Positions 52,501 through 62,104 of a DNA stretch of 64,000 bases are shown here, piece by piece (the first letter of the stretch is position 1; each line of letters begins with the position of its first letter). Under the pieces are notes generated by a model. The model worked only from the letters and a program-made list of their open reading frames with translations, had not been told where the DNA came from and made no database searches. Position numbers and translations under genes: made by a program. The stretch spans positions 62,001 through 126,000 of the forward strand of contig NW_027191408.1 in NCBI RefSeq assembly GCF_041146345.1. Direction: 5' to 3'. Source of the stretch: Neodothiora populina. Its lineage: Eukaryota.

Positions 52501-53053
52501 GACTCCGAGACTGGCGGCATCGCACCGTACCTGTTGTGTGTCAGGACCGACTACCCGAGCTCTCCATTTGGTCATTCAGTCTGGACATACTTTGCGTGCG
52601 TGGCAGGTCTTGCGAAGATGTATAGGTCAGCTCAAATGATCTCAGGCCAGGTCACGTAACGGAGCAGACAACACATACCTCGCAAGCTCGAGAGGCCCGC
52701 TGTCTGTAAGCGCTATCGTCAGTAACCAGAGCTGCGATACAAGCAATCTGCTGTCATGCGCACCTTCGAAAACTAGCATGACCGGCTTGCTGAGACGGGG
52801 GCGCTGGGTTGGTTTGGTGCTGCATGGGAGGAAGGGTGGGTTTCGTGGAAGCGCCATCCTGGGCGGCAGATGAGGTGGGCGCATCAGTCTGGGAGGACGG
52901 AGGAATGGACTGAGAGGTAGACGGGAGTTGCGGTGCAGACATGGAGCCTGGCGCAGTCGAGTTTGTAGGGGTAGCGGCTGTTGGAGCAGTGGAAACAGTA
53001 GCGGTGGAGTCGTGCGAAGCGGCGATGGTGCCGGCGTGATTGTCGGACATCAT
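49544..53053 (-). CDS. farA: Zn(II)2Cys6 cutinase transcription factor 1 alpha / FarA; about 9 exons
   Basis: Spliced RRQRASRACETCHARKVRCDAASLGVPCTNCVAFSIEC; KPKFARAPIKEAGRVAYLGESSN; Fungal_trans domain KRIWWTLFTRDRS; terminal DWFQFFGI. Confidence 0.9.
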
Positions 53054-53295
53054 ATGATGATGGTCTTCCTACTCGCAGTCCCGCCCTCTGTCATGATCGA
53101 GCAAATGACGCGCCAGGAGTAGGTGTTGAACTTTGATGGAACTCTATTCGATCGCGGACGGAGCAGAGTTGGATGTGACAGGGTGTGTGTGGCACAATGT
53201 CGCGTCCGTGTGAGTCGCCCTGGCCTGGAGGAGTCGGGGACTGATCGCTGATGGCTTCGTTTCCGGCAGGTGCGGCACAAGGTGTGGTGAGGTTG

Positions 53296-53342
53296 AGGCA
53301 GGCACAGGCAGGCACAGGCAGGCACAGGCAGGCACAGGCAGG
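53296..53342. repeat. 10-bp tandem repeat (GGCACAGGCA)x4+ upstream of farA
   Basis: Four perfect units at 53301-53340. Confidence 0.9.
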
Positions 53343-54896
53343 ATGGTATCAAGTAAGGTCAAAGGTTGCAATAAAAGTGAGAAAGCCACGGTGAGAATGA
53401 GAGATAGAGTTGGAGATGGGGACGGTGGATGAAGCGCCGTGCGAGAGACCATGCGCCGGCGAAAACACTCTTTGCACACGATCGAGTATCACAAATTTCA
53501 CGTTATCCGAGGAGTTGTTCTATTCATCGAGCTTTGCAGTATGGAACGACTCTATTCGCGTCATCCAATGTTCTTCATCGTCAACCTAGTGCGCTATCTG
53601 GCCAGAGGCAGCGCAGCAGACAAGATTCACATGCGCGCCCCTGGCACATGGCGATTCTAAGCCTTACAGGAATCTCAAGCCACTCGTGGGGTCGCAATGG
53701 GTCGCGCGTCATTCGCACAAGATGGCAGATCAAGTTGCTGCTATGCGCTAAGGTATACAAGATAACACTCTCCACAGCGCATGCAGTCTACCGACTAGGC
53801 CTCTGTATCATATCTTTGCGGCTCCTCGCCGACCCTTGGAACCATTTGTGCTGGTTTCGAGTCTGGCTGCCTCAATTTACCTTTAGTGGGGACAAAGACG
53901 TGTTGAACCGAGGTCCAGGAGGCTTTGACCTTACAGTAAACCTCATTACCTTAACAACGACTCCGCATCCCGTCGAGCCCTTTTTTCTGTTTGATGAATT
54001 GACCTTAACCGGATCAGGTGAGGTGGCTTCTCGCTCGACATGTGCCGACGGGATGGGCCGGAGTCGCATCCTGCCGGTGCTGCACTGTCCCAAAGGTTCT
54101 GCTGTCCAAGGTTCTTTGCTTGTTCCCGCTGCACTCCGAGAGAAGCTCTAGAAGGCAGCCGCCGTCGTCGACCAAACACATGCGCCTTTCCTTGGGACAC
54201 TGTTTCAGCGTTCCAGTCGTACAACATCGATGCACCCACAATAGTGATTGCGTGCGTTGCGTCGAAACCATCTGCTTGTTTCATCTTCCATATCACAACT
54301 CCAATGTCATCGACCTATCTCTTGATTGGACATGTGGCTCACAGCCTCTCTCTGTATGCTTCATGCGAAATGCAACACGCGCGTGCAACCTCACATCATC
54401 GTTCCATCTTGCGCATTGCTTGATATGCTCTAATGCATCTTTCCGATTCGCAAGACGCACTCCCAAGATATACGTATGTGCGTGGCAGCTGCGACATCAT
54501 CCCGATCCTGCATCCCAGCACCTGCAGTGAGTCTGCGGATTGTTTGTGCGGATTTCTTGTGGCAACATGCATGCAAGATCCGACGTACTGGATGAGACTT
54601 TCAAGACATGTCGCTGACCAGACCAACACTGGCTGGTGTGCGCGCCCTTCTATGGCTATCGTTCGATCGGATGTCCTTCATTGCGATCCAACAAGTCGGT
54701 AGCAGGATTGAAAGAGTACATGCGCTGCTTGCAATTCTGTGTGACGACTAGCTCGCTGACTACTCTAGTGGCTCACAGCCGTATGCTGTAGCTGTGCGCG
54801 CATCTGGACTGGAAGACCATGGTATAAATGACCAAGCGTTTATCTTGCTTGGACCATGTCGATCTTGTGAACAAGATTCTCTGCCTTCTATTCCCC

Positions 54897-55721
54897 TCAA
54901 TCAGCCATTTCAGCTTCGATCTCTTTGTGGATCTTGAAGGCGCTCAGGATGGTCTGTACTTGAGCTTCGGCAATAAATTGCAGTTCTTTTCCCTGAACCT
55001 CCATGTTCTTGACCTCCTCCTCTTTGACCCAGAGATGATACTGGTGCTCCTTGGGATTGAGTTTGACGACGGGGACCCCGATTTCAGCAACAACGGGATC
55101 GTCAACACGCTCGGCTCTGGCGCGCTCAAGTTCTTCATACAGTTCTTCGTCTGCGTCGTCCATCAGCTCCTCCAGCTTTTTGGTTTCGACAGCGACTTGT
55201 TCTTCGGCTTTCTCCTTTGCCTGTTGTATTCCAACCTCTTGTCCAGCTTCGATCTTGGCCTCGGCGGTAACGTCGACGACAAAGCTGACCTTGAGCCAAT
55301 TCTTGGCTCTCTTGCCCCAGCCAGTAACGAATGTCTCAGCTGGGAGAATCTGCTGAATAACTTTATCCAAGGTGAGTCCGGTCTCCTCGCGAAGCTCACG
55401 CTTTACAGCGTCGTAGATGATCTTGTCCGAAGCGTCAGCCATGCCGCCAGGTAGTTCCCAGTGACCAGGATAAGAATCGCCCTCGGCTCGTTGGACAAGC
55501 AGCAGGCGGTCCTTGTAGAAGACCGCCGCAGCGACCACGAGCGCGTTGAATTTCTCTGGCTGGGCTTTGAGGAACTCGGCGTGGGTGCCAGTGTGGATGT
55601 AGTCTTTAGCGGGCACGAGGAGTGATGGATCAAGGGGGCGATGTCTTCCTCCACTCATGATGCTTTCGGGAGTCTCGTTGTCATCGAGTGCCTTCAGGCG
55701 AAACATTTTGTTTATGTTCAA
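54897..55721 (-). CDS. Nudix hydrolase; true start probably a downstream ATG (MFRLK or MSGG)
   Basis: LLLVQRA, Nudix box WELPGGMADASDKIIYDAVKRELREETGL, KLNPKEHQYHLWV. Confidence 0.85.
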   Translation of the reverse strand: MNINKMFRLKALDDNETPESIMSGGRHRPLDPSLLVPAKDYIHTGTHAEFLKAQPEKFNALVVAAAVFYKDRLLLVQRAEGDSYPGHWELPGGMADASDKIIYDAVKRELREETGLTLDKVIQQILPAETFVTGWGKRAKNWLKVSFVVDVTAEAKIEAGQEVGIQQAKEKAEEQVAVETKKLEELMDDADEELYEELERARAERVDDPVVAEIGVPVVKLNPKEHQYHLWVKEEEVKNMEVQGKELQFIAEAQVQTILSAFKIHKEIEAEMAD

Positions 55722-56377
55722 TCGCGCAAGAAAGTCAGAGACTATTTGAGGAGTTTTGCTTGTAAGAGAGAAAGCACAAGCAAAACTTGTATATAATAGT
55801 ATTTGCCCTCAGACAGGTGTGTTACAATTCACCGGATGTGTTCACTTGAAAGCAGCAAGTGCAAGTAGGTGAACAGATAGATAAGGCAAGGCAATCACTT
55901 CTCCCCCTCCAAGACCTGACGCAAGGCGCTGCTCCCTGTGTGCAAACGGAATGAGCAAGCAAGCGACCCAATCACGGATACCTTATCTAGCTGCCTGTTT
56001 ATCGTTGAATGTTGCCTACTTGCCTAGAGCTCGCTGCTCGCTCTGAGCACTAATAAAAACGCAGAAGGACTTGCGGTGCCGCTGCCTGTTGTTGCCTAAA
56101 GTACAGTATGTGTGCGTTGGCCTTTTAGATCTAGCGTGAGCCTGCAGGTACTGCTCCTCTTTGTGTCTGTACTTGTACCTGCACTTTACTTGAGTTTGTT
56201 GAATGAGAGAACGGAAGTGGAGTCTATATTGTGGCTATTAACAATCGATCAGGATGTAGAGAAGATCGTGAATTTATTCACTGAGTGATGTTCATGTTAC
56301 ATAATAAGCCACTCAACATGAAGTCTGTCTGGTGTGCCGATTGCACTGCGATATCCTAAGATTCCAGATAGCCAAGA

Positions 56378-56968
56378 CTACGCGACCTGCTGCCTGGCGC
56401 CAATATCCTCGACATGCTGAGCGACCTCAGCAACCTTGCCATCCCCGACCTTCTTCTGACCAGTAGCCGCAGCACTATCACTTCGCAACCTAGCATAATT
56501 CTTCTCCTCATGCGCCATGATCGCATCCACTTTCTCCGCGCTCGCACTGCCAGGGTCGAACTCGTACCCAACCCACTCTCTGGCCAATCGTCTCGCAAGC
56601 TCCAAGCCCACGACTCGCTCGCCCATACATAGCACCTGGGCATTATTGCTCAAGACGGCCCTCTCGACGCTGAAACTGTCGTGGGCGGTGACGGCTCTGA
56701 TGCCCGGCACTTTGTTCGCCGCGATGGCGACTCCTAACCCCGTGCCGCAGATCAGCAGGGCGCGGTCCGCGCTGCCGTCCGCGACTAGTTGTGCGGCGGA
56801 CACGGCCGAGTGCGGGTATGCGGTTTTGTCGCCTGTGGTGTGCACGCCGACGTCGATGACGCGGGCGACTCGTGGGTCGGATTCGAGGTCTGCTTTGATG
56901 GCGTTTTTGTAGGTGCAGCCGGCGTCGTCGGCGCCCATTGAAATGGTGAGTTGCTTGCGTTCTGACAT
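56378..56968 (-). CDS. rpiB: RpiB/LacAB family sugar-phosphate isomerase
   Basis: [44 protein letters not shown]. Confidence 0.92.
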   Translation of the reverse strand: MSERKQLTISMGADDAGCTYKNAIKADLESDPRVARVIDVGVHTTGDKTAYPHSAVSAAQLVADGSADRALLICGTGLGVAIAANKVPGIRAVTAHDSFSVERAVLSNNAQVLCMGERVVGLELARRLAREWVGYEFDPGSASAEKVDAIMAHEEKNYARLRSDSAAATGQKKVGDGKVAEVAQHVEDIGARQQVA

Positions 56969-57063
56969 GTTGATGGCGGTGGTGGGGGTTGGGGGGTAAT
57001 GGTCTTGGATTTTGTGGCTGAAAATGGCAAGGATTATTTTCGCCGTGGTCTAGAAGAGCGAAT

Positions 57064-57465
57064 TCACAATTGACTTGCGTCGAACCCAACAGTAGCAGGA
57101 TCTCTCTGCGGATCGAAAGTCCCAGCAGCAGCAGCAGCAGCAGCAGCAGTGCTTTCTTTCCGCTGCGCCCTTTCCCTGTGCTTTCCTGTCGGTGGCGAAG
57201 AAATAACAGCAGTACCACTTTTCCGCGCGACCCAGTCGTCCCAGCTCTCCGTCTTGCCGTTCGTAGTTACAGTATTAGGATTCTTACTGATCGTCACGCT
57301 ATTCGTCTTCGTGACCGCGTCGTCTTCCGTAGCCGTCGAGTCTGCCTCCCGCGTCTTGCCCGTGTTGTGCGAGATGACCTTGGAGTGGTAGTGAGAGCCG
57401 GGCTCTTGGATGAAAGAAGACTGTATCTGGATCTTTTGGCTGGTTGGGGGGGTGTTGGGGGACAT
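57064..57465 (-). CDS. Orphan 133-codon ORF immediately upstream of rpiB (uORF, separate gene or first exon)
   Basis: CCACC-ATG context at 57465, TATAA about 40 nt upstream, open to TGA at 57064; no recognisable domain. Confidence 0.4.
   Translation of the reverse strand: MSPNTPPTSQKIQIQSSFIQEPGSHYHSKVISHNTGKTREADSTATEDDAVTKTNSVTISKNPNTVTTNGKTESWDDWVARKSGTAVISSPPTGKHRERAQRKESTAAAAAAAAGTFDPQRDPATVGFDASQL
57123..57149. repeat. (CAG)9 microsatellite
   Basis: Seen directly; encodes poly-Ala in the minus-strand ORF. Confidence 0.9.
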
Positions 57466-57652
57466 GGTGGGCAAGTTGGGGGAAGGGGGGAGGGAGTTGG
57501 TTATATGTGGATTTTGACTGGGGGGTGGGCGGTTTTGCTATGGCTGAGACCCTTGCTTCTTGTCGGGATGTGTACGTCTCTGGTTGTATTCCCTCCCGGT
57601 TCTGCTCTGTTTCCTCGTTGTGGAAATGACCGAGTGCGGGCTATTGGAACTG

Positions 57653-57655
<3 letters not shown>

Positions 57656-57690
<35 letters not shown>
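57656..57690. repeat. (CTG)11 microsatellite
   Basis: Seen directly. Confidence 0.9.
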
Positions 57691-57691
<1 letters not shown>

Positions 57692-58114
57692 GCTCGCTCG
57701 GGATGATGCTTTGCGGTAGAGGTGGGGGGAAAGTAGAGGTGGGTGCGGGGTATAATCCGGATTACTGCATGGGGAACACCGAGTTGGAGATATGTTTTTC
57801 ACTCTGATGGTCGTATGGTAAACATATCTTACTACTCCGTACAGTATGTTAAAGCTAGACCGTCAAGTTCATGAAGCATATTGTTCTGCTTCAATGCACA
57901 TGAGATAGCTGACTTTGCACATCCTGCTGTAAAGACAGTGTTTCGTATATAAAGTGCACTGTCGTATTGTGATTGTGTGTGACGCTGGAGAACATGCGGC
58001 ACTCTGTGAAACGGAGCTGAGTTGGCGAACAACACCGCGAAATGTTTAATGTTCATGGTAGACATCAGATGTACACAAACACTAGAGTCGAAATCTACTG
58101 TACCTCGATGTGAC

Positions 58115-58807
58115 TCAAGATGAAACCTCTGGCCAGAACTTTTCTTCAGCCCACAAGACCTGCCTCCAAGCATCCTCAGCCAACTGCCACTCGACACCCC
58201 CTTCCTTCACCAGCGCCCCCAACTCATCCACCAACCCCCTAATAGTCTCGACGAACCCCACAAATTCATCGCAAGTCCAGTTTGGTATCAAAGTCTTCTG
58301 CATGACGCCCTCCTGCCCACTGTTGGGCTCTTGACTCCTGGCGAACCTCCACGCCTCGAGATAGCATTTCTCCGTCGCCCACAGCACAGTCATGCCCTCG
58401 AGCAGACTCTTATTCGGAGCCGCCGCGCCAGCAAATACATCAGCATAAGCCCGCGTCTCACGCCTCGCCTTCTCCCCGCCATCTCTCCAGTTAAACCCCT
58501 GCCGCAGCACGTCCTCGAACATAACCAGTTCACGCCGGATATTCGTCAGCGCATCGATGAGCAGGTTCACAATCCTCCACTGCAGCGTTTCCGTGCGCGA
58601 CGCGGTAGATGGCACGGAGATTTTAGACAGCAAGGACCCGATGAAGGTCGAGTAGTTTAGTGCGTACAGACGGTCTTGCGTCAGCCAGGCTAGGAGAGCG
58701 GTGCGGTCTAGAGATGAGCTGCCGGCCAGTTTCAGCCATGGGTGTTGCGTTGCGGCGCGGAACTCTGCGGGCGCGTGCGACAGGAGGTGGGTTGTGAGGC
58801 TGGGCAT
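58115..58807 (-). CDS. TenA/THI-4/PqqC family (heme-oxygenase-like fold) protein
   Basis: ATQHPWL, WLTQDRLYA, LWATEKCYLEAW, IPNWT..EF, EEKFWP; first ATG at 58807 (MPSLT). Confidence 0.85.
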   Translation of the reverse strand: MPSLTTHLLSHAPAEFRAATQHPWLKLAGSSSLDRTALLAWLTQDRLYALNYSTFIGSLLSKISVPSTASRTETLQWRIVNLLIDALTNIRRELVMFEDVLRQGFNWRDGGEKARRETRAYADVFAGAAAPNKSLLEGMTVLWATEKCYLEAWRFARSQEPNSGQEGVMQKTLIPNWTCDEFVGFVETIRGLVDELGALVKEGGVEWQLAEDAWRQVLWAEEKFWPEVSS

Positions 58808-59545
58808 TTCATCAATGTTGTTTTGATAGATGCATTCGTCCGTCAAACGTAATGGTAAAGATATGAGAAAGAGTGTGAAAGTCGAGGACGAGAACTGAAA
58901 GAGTGCTCGATAGAATTACAGCCTCCCGACTTTCGTTCGCTCGCCGCGGGGCATGGGCAACCTGGTCTGCACTACACGACTCAAGCCCCTCACACCACCG
59001 CACTCTCGAACCCACCATAGCCTCTTCGGACCGATATCATTCCAAAGCAGTACTAGCATTCGGCTTTGTGTCTGTCGAGATCAAAAAGCCATACTGATGG
59101 CGTCTAGAAGTCAAATTATGGTAAGAAAGTATCGATGCTAAATAACTGTTTAGTAGCATGTAGTTGGGCATGCGGCTTGTAAGTCGCGAGATCCCAACAG
59201 GAGAATCGGCCCAGCAGACAGAAGAGTATGAAGTGGAATTTGCTAGTATTGATTTTATACTGTTTCAAGTGTGATAAACGGTCCCAACTAATTGGACGTC
59301 CAATAAATTGTTGGATAGCGATTGAGGTTCAGTAATGTAGATAACGTGGCTTACATAAGCTCTATCTTCGAGTCTTATTAAGGCAGTCACGACCGTTATC
59401 CTTTCGTCTAGCTGATTAAGAGTCACTCGAACAGAAAAGAGCCTTATAGTTCTTTACTGACTACCTTATAGTATTCGAAGTTTACATTGTCCGTACAGCA
59501 ATACATGTATCATATCTTCATTACTATATCCAATGCACATGACTC

Positions 59546-62104
59546 TCAGGCATCATCCATACTCAAGTCTTCCTCCTGATAACTGACCTTCTGCTTCGCC
59601 CCAGCACGTCCAGATTTCCTCGCACCCCCGCGAGGCGCAGAGGGCGCTTTCTTCTTTGTAGTGGAAGCGCCGTCAGAACTGTCAAGTGCAGTCGGAGCAG
59701 ACGAAGACGCATCGTCATCGTCGTTGGATCCCTCGTCTTCTTCACTACTCGTCGGAGGCGTCGCTGCAACTGCTTCCTTCTTGATCTTCTTAGCCGGCGC
59801 CGCTTTGCGTTTTGGCGCTGTTGTCGGTGCAGCAGCTGACTTCTTCGTCGTCGTCGTCGTCGTCGTCGTCGTCATCGACGTTGCTGCAGTTGCGGACTTC
59901 TCGGCCTGGGCTTCGGCTTTAACCTTTTGACTCTTGGCTTTGGCTTTCCAGATCGCTTTTGCTTTCTTTGTTGCAGGTGTGAGGCCCTCGTCGCTGTCTA
60001 CCTCTGATTGGACTTCTTCATCTGCGCCTTGACTTGCGGCGGCTGCTTTCGCAGCTTTGTCTTCTTCGTATGCGGCAACCATCTCGGCTGCTTTTGCTTT
60101 GCGCTTCTGTGCCGGTGTGAGAGTCGCGCCGTCCGACGCTTCCTTTTTCGGCTTCACCTCTCGCTTCTTGGGGCGAATCCAATCCTCCATTGTCGGGGGC
60201 CAGTAGACTCGTCCTTCGGGCCCGCCCATGCCTACTTCTTCATCGGGTACGAGGGCTGGTCCTGTAGTGGTCGATGCGACAGATGCGTTGTCGTTATCAT
60301 CTTCGTCTTCCGGTTCGGTCTTTACCTTTTTACCTGCCTTCTTCGGTGTGGCTTTCTTTCTTGTGGCTTGCTGAAGGGCGAATTTGTTGTCGTCTGATCT
60401 GACGTGTGGTAAGATATCGTTGAATGTGTCGTAGCCTGGCAGCTTGAAGATGCGCATGAGCTCGAAGACGGCTTGTTCTTTGTCCTTTGCTTCAATCATG
60501 AGGTCCATGTCCGGTGCACAAGGCGGGAGAGTCGCGACTCTCGGACTGTGCTTACGTCGTTGTCGACCTGTGATTGCCGCAGGTGTGGGCTCGGAGTAGT
60601 GCATCTTCTGCTTGATGCCCTTTCGGTCCCAGGTAGCTTTGACGCGCGGAAACAGATTCACTATGTCGGCAGTTCCTTCGCGGATCTGGTCCGCGTCAAA
60701 CATGATGTTGTGGTGATGGAAATCCAGTACCATGGGAATGTTCAGTTCTTCGCAGACAGGCAACAGATCATGTACAGTCCAGATTACATCGTCGTTTTCG
60801 AGGACCAACCTGTTCTTGACGGACTGCGACAGCTTTGCGTAATTTTCACGGAAGCGGTCGAGAGTTGCGCCCTTATCGCCAAACATGCCACCCATGTGCA
60901 AAATCATGACTGCGTCTCTGTTGGCCTGCTCAGGCAACTTCAGAAGACTAAGCATCTCGTCGTGATACTCTAGGTCGCGCATGGCATTGTCGATGACAGA
61001 CTTCCTGGGCGAGCCGAGCTGTGTAAATTGGCCTGGATGCGTCGTGACACGATGGCCGAGCTCTCCTATGACTTGCCCTGCTTCTGCAAGTGCCTCGGAA
61101 GCAAATGGAGCAAGCTTGTACCCATACTCTCCGTGAGAAGCGAATGGGAACATCTCACTAGACAACCGTAGAAACTTGATGCCGTACTTGTCGTTCCACT
61201 TTATCATCTTGGCGATATCTTTTACGTTAGCGAGACATATGGCTTCGACATATCTCCTGCCCAGCTCGATATCAGCGGGCTTCTCCCGGTCCGGGCGATT
61301 TTTCGTGGCATGCTCGGGTTGCGTGGGATCTTGTAACGGATGGCGATGCTCGAGGATAGAAGCGATCCTGCAGGTTCGCGAGGAGAAGACTGGCGGCGTG
61401 CTGTAGCGGAGATAAGTGTTCAAACATGCCTATAACACGTCAGTTCTCATTCAACATGATTCTGCATTGCGATGCGGTGAACTCACATATCCCAACCGTC
61501 CTTTCCACGGTAGCGGCAAGTAATCACTGTTCACCGGAGGCGGTCTAGCCAGTGCCTCTTTGACTTCTTCCTCGTCGGCCTCCTCATCACCCTCGGCCTC
61601 AGGATCACCCATACCGCCGTCTTCGCCTTTACCAGCAGCCTTCTTCACTACCGTCTTCGGGGGTTTCGTCTCTGCCACAGCACCATCTGCAGCGGTTTCC
61701 TTCTCAACAGCAGCATTGCCAGCAGCTTTACTCGTATTCCTCTTCTTCGGCGGCGGCGGCGGCTCAATCTGCACCTCAGGAACATCAGAAAGAGGCGACT
61801 CGGAGCCGACCTCCCTCTTCACTGGTCCAAGCGCGATTCTTTCATCAACATCACTGTCAGGCGACGCTCGTAGTGCGTTCGGCGCATCTAGGATCTCCGG
61901 GTTCACTTGGGGGTTCGTCGGGTTTATCTCTACCGATGCTGTCATCGCCGGCGCTGCTGAGCTGGTCACGGTGCGTTTACGTTTCGGTGCCATTTCGTGT
62001 ATGCTTATGGGGAAGAAGATGGGGCGATGGATGTGCAATTGGGCGAAATGCAAGGAAGATTTAGGATTCAAGGACCTCAATGAGCGCCGGAACACGTGAA
62101 GCAT
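59546..62104 (-). CDS. uve1: UV-damage endonuclease (UVDE, Uve1/MUS-18); intron about 61430-61486
   Basis: PLPWKGRLGY|ACLNTYLR, FLRLSSEMFPFASH, HPGQFTQLGSPR, RLVLENDD, LDFHHH, MIEAKDKEQA. Confidence 0.95.

Noticed and set aside
53429..54702. 240-aa and 170-aa ORFs upstream of farA
   Set aside because: Composition is not protein-like and there are no motifs; probably promoter/UTR sequence.
58082..58117. Stop-codon readthrough giving a cryptic PTS1 on TenA
   Set aside because: Context is TGA GTC rather than TGA CTA, and the extension ends FRL, not a canonical PTS1.
58808..59540. TPP riboswitch upstream of the TenA gene
   Set aside because: No CTGAGA...GAACTTGAT...TAAT...AGCG core found by eye; an Infernal scan with the TPP model would settle it.
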